A DNA stretch of 64,000 nucleotides. Source: an uncultured Alphaproteobacteria bacterium (GTDB lineage Bacteria; Pseudomonadota; Alphaproteobacteria; Rhizobiales; Hyphomicrobiaceae). The notes beneath the pieces are model-generated. The model was not told the DNA's origin, ran no database searches, and saw only the letters and a list, made by a program, of their open reading frames with translations. Shown here piece after piece: positions 1 to 13,157 of this stretch; within the stretch, counting starts at the first letter, position 1, and each line of letters begins with the position of its first letter. Position numbers and translations under genes: made by a program. The stretch spans positions 155,168 through 219,167 of the forward strand of contig CAWJZR010000022.1 in the NCBI GenBank assembly GCA_963847435.1, read 5' to 3'.

Positions 1-1273
1 TGCCGCTGGTGGTGGCCGGCGCTGCCGATCCTGTCGAAGGCCTACTACGCCACGCGCGAGTTCGACCAGACGACGCTCGAGCCGCCGCTGGGCTCCGGGC
101 CCTACAAGATCGGCGACTTCAAGCAGGGCACGTTCGTCAGCTACAAGCGCCGCGACGACTATTGGGCCAAGGATCTGCCCGTCAACCGCGGCCGCTTCAA
201 CTTCGACGAGCTGCGCTTCGAATACTATCGCGACCGCACCGCCGCGCTCGAGAGCTTCAAGGCCGGCGCCTTCGACCTGCGCGAGGAGTTCACCGCGCGC
301 GACTGGGCCACGGCCTACGACATCCCGGCCGTCAAGGAGGGCCGCATGCTCCGCGCTCACGCTGCCCGACGAGAGCCCCTCCGGCGCGCAGGGCTTCTTC
401 CTCAACACGCGCCGCGCCAAGCTCGCCGACATGCGCGTGCGCAAGGCGCTCGACTACGCCTTCGACTTCGAGTGGACCAACAAGAACATCTTCTACGGCC
501 TCTACACGCGCACCGAGAGCTTCTTCGAGAACTCCGACATGAAGGCCACGGGCAAGCCGAGCCCGGCCGAGCTGGCGCTGCTCGAGCCGTTCCGCGGCCA
601 GCTGCCGGCCGAGGTGTTCGACGAGGCCTACAAGCCGCCGGTCTCGGACGGCTCGGGCCAGGACCGCAAGCTGCTGCGCGAGGCCGGGCGGCTGCTGGGC
701 GAGGCCGGCTGGCAGGTCAAGGACGGCAAGCGCGTCAACGCCAAGGGCGAGGTGCTCGAGCTCGAGTTCCTGATCACGATCCGACGATCGAGCGCATCCT
801 CGCGCCCTACGTGAAGAACCTGCAGGCGATCGGCGTTCAGACGCAGCGATCCGCCGCGTCGATCCGGCGCAGTACGAGCGCCGCGTCAAGTCGTTCGACT
901 TCGATGTGGTCACCACGCGCTACGCGCTGCGCCTGACGCCGGGCGTCGAGCTCAGAACCTTCTGGGGCAGCGAGGCGGCCAAGACCGACGGCAGCTTCAA
1001 TCTCGCCGGCATCAGCGATCCCGGCCGTCGACGCCCTGATCGGCAAGGTCATGGAGGCCAAGAGCCGCGAGGAGCTGAAGACCGCGACCCGCGCGCTCGA
1101 CCGCGTGCTGCGCGCCGGCCACTACTGGGTGCCGCACTGGTACAAGGCGGCCCATCATCGTCGCCTACTGGGACAAGTTCGGCCGGCCGGCCGTGAAACC
1201 GCGCTACGAGCGCGGCATTATCCACACCTGGTGGTACGATGCCGAAAAGGCGGCAAAGCTCAAGTCCAACTGA
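1..1273 (+). CDS. yejA: ABC transporter periplasmic substrate-binding protein, YejA/family-5 type (peptide/microcin C-like uptake). 5' end cut by the window edge. At least five frame switches as assembled.
   Basis: Pieces in successive frames: GSGPYKIGDFKQGTFVSYKRRDDYWAKDLPVNRGRFNFDELRFEYYRD; MRVRKALDYAFDFEWTNKNIFYGLYTRTESFFENSDM; PTIERILAPYVKNLQAIGV; VKSFDFDVVTTRYALRLTPGVEL; HYWVPHWYKAAHH; HTWWYDAEKAAKLKSN-stop at 1271-1273. Followed by yejB/E/F. Confidence 0.8.
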
Positions 1274-1299
1274 CGACGGAGGTCGGCAAACGCCCTGCG

Positions 1300-2421
1300 A
1301 TGGCCACCTATCTTCTCAAGCGCCTGCTTCTGATCATCCCGACCCTGTTCGGGATCATGCTGATCAGCTTCGCCATCATCCAGTTCGCGCCCGGCGGGCC
1401 GGTCGAGCGGGTCATCGCGCAGATCACCGGCACGGACGTGTCCGCCACCGCCCGCATCGGCGGCGGCCAGGGCGACGGGCTCGTCCAGCTGCGACGCAAG
1501 CGCAGATCGAGCCAGGGCGGCGGCGAGAACACGCTCGAAATACCGCGGCGCGCAGGGCCTCGACCCCGAGTTCATCAAGAGCTCGAGAAGCAGTTCGGCT
1601 TCGACAAGCCGGCGCACGAGCGCTTCTTCCTGATGATGAAGAACTACCTGCTGTTCGACTTCGGCAAGAGCTACTTCCGCGACGTCAGCGTGCTGCAGCT
1701 CATCAAGGAGAAGCTGCCCGTCTCGATCTCGCTCGGCATCTGGATGACGCTCATCACCTATCTCATCTCGATCCCGCTCGGCATCCGCAAGGCCGTGCAC
1801 GACGGCGAGAAGTTCGACACCTGGACCTCGGGCGTGCTGGTGATCGGCTATGCCATCCCCGGCTTCCTGGTCGCCGTGTTCCTGCTGGTGATGTTCGCCG
1901 GCGGCTCGTTCTTCCAGTGGTTCCCCTCGCGCGGGCTGACCTCGGACAACTGGCAGCCAGCTGTCGCTGATCGGCAAGGTCGCCGACTATTTCTGGCACC
2001 TGGCGCTGCCGCTGATCGCCATGTCGCTCGGCGCCTTCACGACCATGACGTTCCTGACGCGCAACTCCTTCCTCGACGAGATCCGCAAGCAGTACGTGAT
2101 GACGGCGCAGGCCAAGGGGCTGGGCCAGCGCCAGGTGCTCTACGGCCACGTGTTCCGCAACGCCATGCTGCTGATCATCGCCGGCTTTCCCGGCGCCTTC
2201 ATCCACGCCTTCTTCTCGGGCTCGCTGCTGATCGAGACGATCTTCTCGCTCGACGGCCTCGGGCTGCTGAGCTTCGAGAGCGTCGATCAACCGCGACTAT
2301 CCGGTGGTGTTCGCCACGCTCTACATCTTCGCGCTGCTGGGCCTGCTCGTTAACCTGGTGTCCGACTTCATCTACACGCTGGTCGATCCCCGCATCGACT
2401 TCGAGATCGCGGGAGGTCTGA
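1300..2421 (+). CDS. yejB: ABC transporter permease YejB-like. Several frame switches as assembled (about 1500-1580, 1960-2020, 2290, 2400).
   Basis: [38 protein letters not shown]; [50 protein letters not shown]; [34 protein letters not shown]; [33 protein letters not shown]. Confidence 0.8.
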   Translation: MATYLLKRLLLIIPTLFGIMLISFAIIQFAPGGPVERVIAQITGTDVSATARIGGGQGDGLVQLRRKRRSSQGGGENTLEIPRRAGPRPRVHQELEKQFGFDKPAHERFFLMMKNYLLFDFGKSYFRDVSVLQLIKEKLPVSISLGIWMTLITYLISIPLGIRKAVHDGEKFDTWTSGVLVIGYAIPGFLVAVFLLVMFAGGSFFQWFPSRGLTSDNWQPAVADRQGRRLFLAPGAAADRHVARRLHDHDVPDAQLLPRRDPQAVRDDGAGQGAGPAPGALRPRVPQRHAADHRRLSRRLHPRLLLGLAADRDDLLARRPRAAELRERRSTATIRWCSPRSTSSRCWACSLTWCPTSSTRWSIPASTSRSREV

Positions 2422-2541
2422 GGCTCGTGAACATCAGGACAAACCGCCCACCGACCGTCGCAGAGCACGCGATCCGCCGATCCGAGCGCAGCTCCAGGCG
2501 ACCGCCAGCCGATCGCGCGCGCGTTCGATCCGCCGAGCCTG

Positions 2542-3722
2542 GTGTCCGCACCGACCAGCAGATCGGCCGCCCCTGCCGACCAGCTGATCGGGCGGCTTCT
2601 GGCTCTCCCCGCTCAACCGGCGGCGCTGGCGCAACTTCAAGGCCAACCGGCGCGGCTACTGGAGCCTGTGGATCTTCCTCGCCGCTCTTCGTCTTCAGCC
2701 TGTTCGCCGAGTTCATCGCCAACGACAAGCCGATCGTCGCCTGCTACAAGGGCGAGCTTCTGTTCCCGGTGCTCGGTCGACTATCCGGAATCAAAGTTCG
2801 GCGGCTTCCTCGCCGTCACCGACTACAAGGACCCGGTCGATCCTCGACGAGATCGAGAAGAACGGCTGGGCGATCTGGCCGCCGATCAGCTACTCCTACC
2901 ATTCGATCAACAAGGACTATCCGCGCGTCAAGAACGCCGACGGCCAGTGCCTGGGCTTTCCCGGGCCGCCGCCGTGGTCGACGCAGCGCCGTTCGTGCGA
3001 TGCGCCCGCCGACGCAGCATCGCGCGCTATCAGGCGATCGGCAACCGCAACTGGCTCGGCACCGACGACCAGGGCCGCGACGTGCTGGCGCGCGCTGATC
3101 TACGGCTTCCGCGTCTCGGTGCTGTTCGGGCTGCTGCTGACGATCCTGTCCTCCATCATCGGCGTGACGGCCGGCGCCGATGCAGGGCTACTTCGGCGGC
3201 CGCGTCGACCTCGTCTTCCAGCGCTTCCTCGAGATCTGGTCGTCGATCCCCTCGCTGTTCGTGCTGCATCATCATCTCCTCCGTGCTGGTGCCGGGCTTC
3301 TGGACGCTGCTCGGCGTGCTGCTGCTGTTCCACTGGGTCTATCTCGTCGGCGTGGTGCGCGCCGAGTTCCTGCGCGGGCGCAATTTCGAATACATCACGG
3401 CGGCGCGCGCGCTCGGCCTCTCCAACGTCAAGATCATGTTCAAGCACCTGCTGCCGAACGCCATGGTGGCGACGCTGACGTTCCTGCCCTTCAAGCTGTC
3501 GGGCTCGATCACGGCGCTGACCGCGCTCGACTTCCTGGGCCTCGGCCTGCCGCCCGGCTCGCCGTCGCTGGGCGAGCTGCTGGCGCAGGGCAAGGCCAAC
3601 CTGCAGGCGCCGTGGCTGGGCCTCGACCGCGCTTCATCTCGATCGCCGGGCTGCTCAGCCTGCTCATCTTCATCGGCGAGGGCGTGCGCGACGCGCTCGA
3701 CCCGCGCAAGACCTTCCGGTGA
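2542..3722 (+). CDS. yejE: ABC transporter permease YejE-like. Multiple frame switches as assembled. The GTG start at 2542 is tentative.
   Basis: [34 protein letters not shown]; [20 protein letters not shown]; [15 protein letters not shown]; [28 protein letters not shown]; [36 protein letters not shown]; [18 protein letters not shown]-stop at 3722. Confidence 0.75.
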
Positions 3723-3740
3723 GGGCGCGACGATGAGGCC

Positions 3741-5380
<1,640 letters not shown>

Positions 5381-5429
5381 GGCGCATCGTTACGTTTTGG
5401 GCACGCACAAACTTCGAGGAGCGACGCCG

Positions 5430-6059
5430 ATGCCGACGCGCAAGCTGACTCTCTATCACGCCGTGCCTTCGCGAGCGGCGATCGCGCGCTGGATGCTGGA
5501 AGAGATCGGGCATCCTTACGAGGTGAAGCTGCTCGACTTGCAGAAGAGCGAGCAGTTCAGCCCGGAGTATCTTGCGATAAACCCTGTGGGCAAGGTTCCC
5601 GCGATCAAGCATGGCGATGTGGTCGTGACCGAAGTCGCGGCGATTTGCTGCTATTTGGCAGACGCTTTTCCGGAGGCCAATCTCGCGCCGGTGATCACCG
5701 ATCCGCTGCGTGGACCCTATCTCAAGTGGCTGTTCTATGGTCCGAGCTGCATCGAACCGGCTGTGATCGCCAAGACGATGGACTGGACCGGCGGGCGCCG
5801 CGGCATGCTCGGCTGGGCGGACTTCGACACGGTCGTGGAGGTCGTTTGCAAGGCGGTCGAGAAGGGTCCGTACATCCTGGGAGAGCAGTTCACCGCGGCG
5901 GACGTGGTCATCGGCTCGCAGGTCCGCTGGGGACTGTTGTTCAAGACGTTGCCCGAGCGGCCGGAACTGGTCGCTTATGCGAAGAGGCTCGAGCAGCGGC
6001 CCGCATTGCAGAGCCAAATCGCGCTCGATGCAGCGCTCTCGGCGCCTCCGGCTCCATAG
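5430..6059 (+). CDS. Glutathione S-transferase family protein
   Basis: Intact ORF. MPTRKLTLYHAVPSRAAIARWMLEEIGHPYEVKLLDL..INPVGKVPAIKHGDVVVTE is a GST N-terminal thioredoxin-like pattern. GGAG lies upstream of the ATG at 5430. Confidence 0.75.
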   Translation: MPTRKLTLYHAVPSRAAIARWMLEEIGHPYEVKLLDLQKSEQFSPEYLAINPVGKVPAIKHGDVVVTEVAAICCYLADAFPEANLAPVITDPLRGPYLKWLFYGPSCIEPAVIAKTMDWTGGRRGMLGWADFDTVVEVVCKAVEKGPYILGEQFTAADVVIGSQVRWGLLFKTLPERPELVAYAKRLEQRPALQSQIALDAALSAPPAP

Positions 6060-6174
6060 GGGCGGCCGGCTGAACTTACAGGTTGCATCAGCTTCTGCTT
6101 TGCAGTTTTCCGTTGCATTTTATGGCGGCTTGTCTTTCGCTGAGCCGGCTTTCCGGACTCGAACGGTTCCCCCC

Positions 6175-6639
6175 ATGCTTTCCGATGATGTTTTCCGAAC
6201 CCGCCTCAATGAGACGATCAGAACTCTGCGCTATTGGGCGCCGACCGTGACCGACGCGGCGTCGGTCCACGAAAGCGACGGCGACGGCTTTTGGAAGATT
6301 TCCGCAGTCCCATTCGCGGCGCGCAGCTGCCCTTTCGAGTTTGTGCTGCGGACAGATCAGCATCACGACCTGACGATCGCCAGGGAAGTATTCGAAGATC
6401 AGCCGATCGACTCGCTCGACCTGTTCGTACCGCTCGCCACCGCGATCTCCGAGGGCCGCGTGGTGCAGCGGTTCTGGGCCACGGTCGCGACCGGGACGCT
6501 GTGTGCGGTCGAGACCATTGTGTCGCTCGCCGATGGCAGCCAATGGCGCGGCAACCGTGTCGTCAGCGGGGTCGCGGTGCCCGGCTCGGACGGCACGACC
6601 TTCGTGGACCGCTCTTTCCTCCCCTACCATCGTCGTTGA
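6175..6639 (+). CDS. Hypothetical protein (no family recognised)
   Basis: Intact 154-codon ORF starting MLSDDVFRTRLNETIRTLRYW. Coding-like composition. No motif I can name. Confidence 0.45.
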   Translation: MLSDDVFRTRLNETIRTLRYWAPTVTDAASVHESDGDGFWKISAVPFAARSCPFEFVLRTDQHHDLTIAREVFEDQPIDSLDLFVPLATAISEGRVVQRFWATVATGTLCAVETIVSLADGSQWRGNRVVSGVAVPGSDGTTFVDRSFLPYHRR

Positions 6640-6684
6640 GTGCGCCAACAGCCGGGGGGTGAGCGCCTGCGGAGCCGCAGGGCT

Positions 6685-7056
6685 TCAGTTATCGAGTTCG
6701 CCATCGACGTTGAGGGGACGCGGGAAAGCGACGCCGCAGCGGCGGCACTTGTCCGGCAATAGCAGGCTCATACCGGTAGCGAGGCGCGTGTCGCAGCGGG
6801 GGCATCTCTCGCGCAGATGCATCACCAGCACCGCCAACAACACCAGGATCGCAGTGCCCGTTACGCCCGCGCGTATCGCTGGACTGTCGCCGTAGAGATG
6901 CGCGGTGCCCAGCGCCGCAGCGACCATCATGATCGCCATGGCGGATAGGCGCACCATCCAGCGCTCCCAGCGCCACAATCGGCGCGTCTCCTCCGAAGTG
7001 AGCGGAGCCGGGGGCGTACCCTTAGCGGGCCGGGACGTGGATGGGTCGGCAGACAT
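6685..7056 (-). CDS. Hypothetical membrane protein with a C-terminal CxxC..CxxC zinc-ribbon-like motif
   Basis: 123-aa ORF. Two hydrophobic segments (MVRLSAMAIMMVAAALG; VTGTAILVLLAVLVM), then CPRCDTRL..CRRCG. Confidence 0.45.
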   Translation of the reverse strand: MSADPSTSRPAKGTPPAPLTSEETRRLWRWERWMVRLSAMAIMMVAAALGTAHLYGDSPAIRAGVTGTAILVLLAVLVMHLRERCPRCDTRLATGMSLLLPDKCRRCGVAFPRPLNVDGELDN

Positions 7057-7091
7057 GGGATCCGCTCCTGCCGTTTCGAACTCGTCTCTGC

Positions 7092-8016
7092 TTACGCCGT
7101 AAGTCCAACGGGGCGCTTGATAGCCGTCAATTCAGAACCGGCCTTGCGAATGCGCTCAACTGCCTCCGGCAAGGTCTCGGAGACGACGGCCATGTGATGC
7201 GCGTTGGCGTGCAGCAGCATAATGCCGTCGCTCATGATGCCGACGTGACCCTTCCAGAAGACCAGATCTCCACGTTGGAGCCCTTCGAGCGATTGCGGGA
7301 TCAGCATATTCGTTCGCCAGCTCGGCCTGCTGCATGTCGCTGTCGCGCGGGGCATCAAGGCCGGCCGCGTGCATGGCGACCTGCACCAGCCCGGAGCAGT
7401 CGACCCCGAGGCGGGTCTTGCCGCCCCACACGTAGGGCATGCCGAGGAAGCGCTCGGCGACGGCGACGAAGTCGGGCGCGAAGCGGCCGGTCTCGGCGAT
7501 GATGGCGGGTGGGCACGAAGCCGCCCGTCCATCAGCCGGCTGAAGCGATCGTCGCCATCCGGCGATCGCCAACTGCGCATTCATGCTGAGTGCATCAGCG
7601 GCGGCGCCTTGATGTCGGGCGCCGGATAGAGAAAAGTGCCGAGCGCCTGTCACGCGATGCGTCGGTCGATGGCACTTGCGGACGTCAGCGCGATCGGCGG
7701 GCAGATAGCCGACGTAGCCGTCGCTGTCGAGCTGCACCCAGGCCCAGCCGTCGCGCTCGTCGTAGACGGTGACGAGCTCGCCGAACAGCGCCTCCGTGTC
7801 CAGCTGGCGTTGCGCGTCGGGCACGCGCGCAGCGGCACCGAAGGCACGGATCACTTGCCGCGCTCGCGCCGGCGCGTAGCGCGGCGCGTCGACACGGCCG
7901 CGCAGGGCCTCGGCGGCGAGATCGGCGCCGATAGGCGATTGCGGCGCGGATCGAGCGGAACCGTGCCGGACGGCGACGATTTCATCGAGCGTCTCGCGCA
8001 CACTGTCGCCGGTCAT
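7092..8016 (-). CDS. NlpC/P60 (C40) family peptidase with an N-terminal SH3-like region. Frame switches as assembled.
   Basis: FLGMPYVWGGKTRLGVDCSGLVQVAMHAAGL in one frame. GDLVFWKGHVGIMSDGIMLLHANAHHMAVV..stop in another. The ATG at 8016 overlaps the upstream gene's stop (ATGA). Confidence 0.75.
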
Positions 8017-9459
8017 CGGGCGTACTCCCTGGCCAGCACCTCGAACGACGGCGCGCGCGGCCTGCGGCTCGCCGCCCTTCGGTCCGAGCGGCTTGGCGCC
8101 GGCCGCCAGCCGTAGATGTCGAAGTGGGCGAAGCGCTTGCGCTGCTTGACGAACCGGCGCAGGAACAGCGCTGCCGTGACCGAGCCCGCGAACGGAGCAT
8201 CGTAGACGTTGTTCATGTCGGCGACCGCACTGTCGAGTTGGCGCTCGTAGCCGGACCAGAACGGCATGCGCCACACCGGATCGCCGACGCGGTTGCCGGC
8301 GGCCGCGATCGGCGGCCCATGCGTCGTCATCGGTGAAGAAGCGGCGGCAGATCGGGGCCCAGCGCCACGCGCGCGGCGCCCGTCAGCGTGGCGAAAGCTG
8401 ATGAGCTGCTGCGGCGCGCTCCTCGTCGGCCGAGCGCCAGAGCGTCGGCGAGCACGAGCCGGCCTTCGGCATCGGTGTTGCCGATCTCGACCGTCTTGCC
8501 CGCGCGGCTCGCCAGCACGTCGCCGGGGCGGAAGGCGTTGCCGGCGATGCTGTTCTCGGCCGCCGGGATCAGGATGCGCAGGCGCACGTCGAGCTTCGGC
8601 CGCCATGACCATGTGGCCGAGCGCCAGCGCGGTGGCCGCGCCGCCCATGTCCTTCTTCATGATCAGCATGCCGCTGGCGAGGCTTGATGTCGAGGCCGCC
8701 GGTGTCGAAGCAGATGCCCTTGCCGACCAGCGTGCACGCTTCGGCGCGTGCGCCCCGGCCCCATGTGAGATCGATGAGCCGCGGCGCGCGCGTGCTGGCG
8801 CGGCCGACCGCGTGGATCATGGGGAAATTCTTGCGCCAGCAGGTCGTCGCCGACGATGCTCGACACGGCGGCGCCGTGACGACCGGCGAGCTGCGCGTGC
8901 GGCATCCTCCAGCTCCTGCGGCCCCATGTCGCTGGCGGGCGTGTTGATGAGATCGCGGCCAAAGCCGACAGCCTCCACGAGCGTTCCCACTCGGGCGCTG
9001 ATCGATGCCTGCGCGGAAGCTTGAGGCGCGGGCCATCCTCAGCGCGCAGCAGTCTTGTAGCGGCGGAAGCGGTAGGCGCCGAGCCCCCAGGCCACGGCCG
9101 CGAGCTCGGGCTGGGCGACGGTGCCCTGCAATGCATACGTGCCGGCCGGGAGAGGTCGACGCGAGCTGGCCCGCGAGCAATGCCGATGGACCGCTCGGCT
9201 CGCCGCTCTTGCCGTTGCCGATGCCGAGCGCGACGCCGGCGATGGCACCGTCCGAGCCAGGCAGCAAGGCCTGCTTCTTGACGGCTCCGTTGAACTTCTG
9301 CGCCTCCAGCCAAGCGCGCTGTCCGGCGCTCAGTCCCGCAACCTCAGCGAGCGCAGCGCCCTCCTCGACCAGCCAAATTGGAACGGCTTTGCCCGCGCCG
9401 CCGTCGGCATATGCGCCCGCGACGCTAGGCAGATCGACGACCGTTTGCTGCTCGCTCAT
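8013..9459 (-). CDS. pepA: M17 family leucyl aminopeptidase. Multiple frame switches as assembled.
   Basis: M17 motifs MKKDMGGAA and GNTDAEGRLVLADALA are recovered from different frames. N-terminus is MSEQQTVVDLPSVAGAYADGG. The C-terminal part contains HFDIYGW. Confidence 0.75.
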
Positions 9460-9569
9460 GACAGGTGTTCCCCGTGCGTTGCTTCGAGGCGGACAGGAAG
9501 GTGGATCACCGTGCCGCGCTGCGGCAATATCCCCAGCAAAGCATCGGACCAATTGCAAGAGGCATCCTC

Positions 9570-10228
9570 ATGACCGCGCCGCCCCCCGCCTCGTCATCGG
9601 CAACAAGAACACGTCGAGCTGGAGCTTGCGCCCATGGCTGCTGATGCGGCGCCTGGGGCTGCCGTTCGAGGAAGTGCATATCAATCTCAGAGCGCCGGAC
9701 AAAAAAGAGCAGATCCTGGCGCTGTCGCCGTCGGGCAAGATCCCGGCGCTGATCACCGGCGATCTGACGGTTTGGGATACGCTCGCCATCACGGAATTCC
9801 TGGCAGAGCATCATCGCGACAAGCTCGTCTGGCCGGAGGGCGAGGAGGCACGCGCGGTCGCGCGGTCGGTATCGGCGGAAATGCATTCGGGTTTCCAGGC
9901 GCTGCGGGAACATTGTCCGATGGATTTCACCGCCCGGTCGCCGAAAGCCGAGCTGCCGGACTCGGTGGCGGCCGACGTGCGTCGAGTCGTATCGATCTGG
10001 CAGGACTGCCGCACCCGATTCGGCGCGGGGGGACCGTTCCTGTTCTCCGAGTTTAGTGCAGCCGATGCCATGTACGCGCCCGTGGCCTCACGTTTTCGTA
10101 CCTACATCTCCGACCTTGCGAGATACGGCGATAATGGCGTCGCCCAGCGCTACCTCGACACCCTCTTCGCAATGCCGGAGATGAAAGACTGGGAGGCGGG
10201 CGCGCACGCGCAACTGGCGGCCGGCTAA
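9570..10228 (+). CDS. Glutathione S-transferase family protein. One frameshift right after the start (C-run 9582-9587).
   Basis: ATG at 9570 gives MTAPP, then the frame is lost. One extra C restores MTAPPPRLVIGNKNTSSWSLRPWLLMRRLGLPFEEVHINL..SPSGKIPALITGDLTVWDTLAITEFL. Confidence 0.75.
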
Positions 10229-10399
10229 GCCAAAGCTCCGAAATCAGTCGCCTGCCCGCGCTCGCGAACAAATCGATCCGGCAACGTCCTAAGTCGGCCA
10301 TTAGTGCGTTTCCGGTATGATTAAACCTTTGTTGACTGCTGCTCCACATCATGACGCCCAAGGGATTCGAAGCGCCCACCGGGCGAAAAGGAGCAGACC

Positions 10400-11377
10400 A
10401 TGGGTCAACCCGCTGCCAGGCTTCAGTTGCTGGCACTCGCGCGCGGGGCGCGGCTGTTGCCGGCCGTGATCGGTAGCCTCATGCTGGGTGCTTGCGCCCA
10501 GATGGGCGACCTGCCCAAGCTCGATATGCTGGCGTCCTCGAAATCGCCGGCCGACGAAGCGCCGGGGACGACCGCACCGCAATCTGAACTGCAAAAAGCG
10601 ACCGAATACTGGGGCAAGCAGTTTGCGAAAAAGCCCAACGACGCCGAGGCGGCGCTGGCTTATGCGAAGAACCTGAAGGCGCTCGGACAGAAGCAGCAGG
10701 CGCTCGCGGTGCTGCAGCAAGCCTCGCTGACGAACGGGAGCAATCGCAAGCTCGCCAGCGAATACGGGCGACTCGCTCTCGAGTTCGACCAGATTGCGGT
10801 GGCCGAGCAACTCCTCGCCATGGCCGACGATCCGGCGCTGCCGGATTGGCGCGTAGTCTCGGCGCGGGGCACCGTTCTCGCCAAGCAGGGCAAATATAGC
10901 GAGGCAATCCCTTACTACGAACGGGCGCTCTCGATCGCTTCCGACCAGCCCTCGGTTCTGAACAATCTCGCGCTCGCCTACACCATGAGCGGCGATGCCG
11001 CGAAGGCCGAGGGCATCCTCAGGCAGGCGAGCCAGAGCCAAGGCGGCGACCGCAAGATCAGACAGAACCTCGCGCTGGTCCTCAATCTGCAGGGCAAGTA
11101 CGACGAGGCACGGCAGGTCGCAATGCAGGATGCGGCGCCGGAAGCGGCAAAGGCCGACAGCGATCTCATGCGAAGCATAGTGAGGCTCGATCCGAAGGCC
11201 GTTCCCGCGCCTGCGGGCGGCCCCGCGGAAGTGCAACTCGCTCGTGCACCGTCGCCCAAGGCCGCGCCGCGCAGCGCCAAGACCCCTGCCAAGGGCGCGC
11301 CGTGGCAGGTGCAGGTGGCCGAGACGTCAGATCCGGTGCCGGAGCCCTCGACCCCGTTCAAACCATCGGCGGATTGA
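10400..11377 (+). CDS. tadD: TPR-repeat lipoprotein, TadD-like Flp pilus assembly protein
   Basis: Intact ORF with AGGAG upstream. Lipobox LMLGAC. TPR-like repeats (ALAYAKNLKALGQKQQAL; YSEAIPYYERAL; LNNLALAYTMSGD; YDEARQV). Adjacent to the tad locus. Confidence 0.65.
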   Translation: MGQPAARLQLLALARGARLLPAVIGSLMLGACAQMGDLPKLDMLASSKSPADEAPGTTAPQSELQKATEYWGKQFAKKPNDAEAALAYAKNLKALGQKQQALAVLQQASLTNGSNRKLASEYGRLALEFDQIAVAEQLLAMADDPALPDWRVVSARGTVLAKQGKYSEAIPYYERALSIASDQPSVLNNLALAYTMSGDAAKAEGILRQASQSQGGDRKIRQNLALVLNLQGKYDEARQVAMQDAAPEAAKADSDLMRSIVRLDPKAVPAPAGGPAEVQLARAPSPKAAPRSAKTPAKGAPWQVQVAETSDPVPEPSTPFKPSAD

Positions 11378-11398
11378 GATTAGGCCTACGAGGCGCGA

Positions 11399-13003
11399 TC
11401 AGGCCTGCCGCCGTTCAACGCCGTGCGGCGAAACGGCATGATCGCGCACGGCCGCATGCACTGGCGCTGCATAGTGGGAGGCGTTAGCCGCGCCTTCCGC
11501 GGCTTCGCGCGCGAATAAGATCAAGTGATGCGCCACGAGCATTACGCCGATCAGATTCTCGATGTCGCCGGCTTTCAGGCGCGGCCATGCGAAGGCCCAG
11601 AACTCGCGCCGATAAGAGCCGCGAAGTCCCAATCGCCATAGTATTTTGCAAAGAATGGTCGCGCCGCGGCGAATATTCGCCCATGACGCGCGCTCTCGCG
11701 AAGCCGGTTTGGGCGCGCGATTTGGATATGTCACGCGCAACTGATGCTGATAGCGCGAGAATAGCCGCTCTGGCGTGTAGGCATCAGCCATGCAGCGCCG
11801 CCAACCGCCAACCACGTCGCCGTAGGGCAGTCGAAATTCCACATTCGACTCGCGACCTGCGTCCTCGATGATGCGGCCCTCGCGTTGCAGGCGGTCCCAA
11901 AGCGGACTCTTCGGCAAGGCGTGCAAAAGATTGATCGTCAGCATGGGGATCTGTGACCGCTCGATGAAATCGAGGATGGCCGCGGGCGTTTCAGCCGTGT
12001 CGGTATCGAGTCCCATGATGATGCCGGAAACAACCTCCATGCCGTAGCGATTAAGCGTGGCGATGGCGTCAATGATCGGCACCATCAAATTATGGCTTTT
12101 CGAAATGGAGCGCAGCGCCGCTGCATCCGGCGTTTCGATGCCGCAGAAAACAACCTCGAAATGCGCAGCGCGCATTTGCTGCAACAGGTCCGGACAGCGG
12201 GCGATATTCAACGTCGCCTCGCAAGCGAAGATGAGGCGATGCCCATTGCGCTCTTGCCAGGCGACGAGATGCGGCAGCAGTTCACGCACCGCTCGCCGAT
12301 GCGCAATAAAATTGTCGTCGACGAAATAGACGGCGCCCGACACGCCGCAGCTCACCAGCCGATCCAATTCCGCAATGATTCGCTCAGCGCTTTTCAGTTG
12401 CGGGACGCGCCCATATAGCGCCGGAATATCGCAGAACTCGCATTCGTAGGGACAGCCGCTAGAGAATTGGATGCTGCCCAGGAAATAGCGCGGCAAGTCC
12501 GCTTTCTCATAGGCTGGAATGGGCAATGCGGACAGCGGCCGGCGATGGCCGGTGGTGAGCACGATCTGTCGATCTGGTCGTCCGGAATCGTTAGAGAGGC
12601 GTGCGATCAGTGCCTCGAAAGCGTCGCCGAGTTCGCCGATGTGCAGGTAATCGAAATCCGGATATCGCGCGGGGTCGGCGGAAACGGACGGTCCGCCGAG
12701 AACCGTTGTGCGTCCGAGTGCGTGAGCGCGGGCGCAAATCGTATTCATCTCACGCCGCTGGACGTGCATGCCGCTTACGAAAACGACATCGGACCAGCGA
12801 AAATCAGCCTCGGTTGCGGGTGCTATATTTTCGTCGATGAAGCGGATGGGCCACTCGGGCGGCAGCGAGGCGGCAACGACCAGCAGGCCTTGCGGCGGCA
12901 TAAAAGCCTTGACGCCGTCCGTGAGTGGATAGGCATGATGGAGCGTGCCGAAAGCCGGCCCGTAGCGCGGTGAAACGCACAGAACCTTCCGCGGGGTGCT
13001 CAT
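11399..13003 (-). CDS. B12-binding-domain radical SAM protein with a DUF4070-like C-terminal region
   Basis: Intact ORF. Radical SAM cluster motif SSGCPYECEFCDIP. N-terminal cobalamin-binding-like region (VLCVSP..PPQGLLVVAASLP..VVFVSGM). ATG at 13003 is preferred over the TTG at 13012. Confidence 0.75.
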   Translation of the reverse strand: MSTPRKVLCVSPRYGPAFGTLHHAYPLTDGVKAFMPPQGLLVVAASLPPEWPIRFIDENIAPATEADFRWSDVVFVSGMHVQRREMNTICARAHALGRTTVLGGPSVSADPARYPDFDYLHIGELGDAFEALIARLSNDSGRPDRQIVLTTGHRRPLSALPIPAYEKADLPRYFLGSIQFSSGCPYECEFCDIPALYGRVPQLKSAERIIAELDRLVSCGVSGAVYFVDDNFIAHRRAVRELLPHLVAWQERNGHRLIFACEATLNIARCPDLLQQMRAAHFEVVFCGIETPDAAALRSISKSHNLMVPIIDAIATLNRYGMEVVSGIIMGLDTDTAETPAAILDFIERSQIPMLTINLLHALPKSPLWDRLQREGRIIEDAGRESNVEFRLPYGDVVGGWRRCMADAYTPERLFSRYQHQLRVTYPNRAPKPASRERASWANIRRGATILCKILWRLGLRGSYRREFWAFAWPRLKAGDIENLIGVMLVAHHLILFAREAAEGAANASHYAAPVHAAVRDHAVSPHGVERRQA

Positions 13004-13157
13004 CGCTGGCAAACGTCGGATGCGGTCGCGGGTTCCTTATCCAGTCGTGGACGCATTTCGATAGAGCAGCCGCAAGACAAACCCGCCCTGGCCATCGCGG
13101 ATGACCAGGGCGGGACGCAACACTTTACCGGGACCGCGGCTTAAGGCGCCGATCGCG

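Noticed and set aside
10349-11236. 295-aa minus-strand ORF
   Set aside because: It is antisense to the TadD-like TPR lipoprotein gene, which has an RBS, a lipobox and repeats. No motifs of its own.
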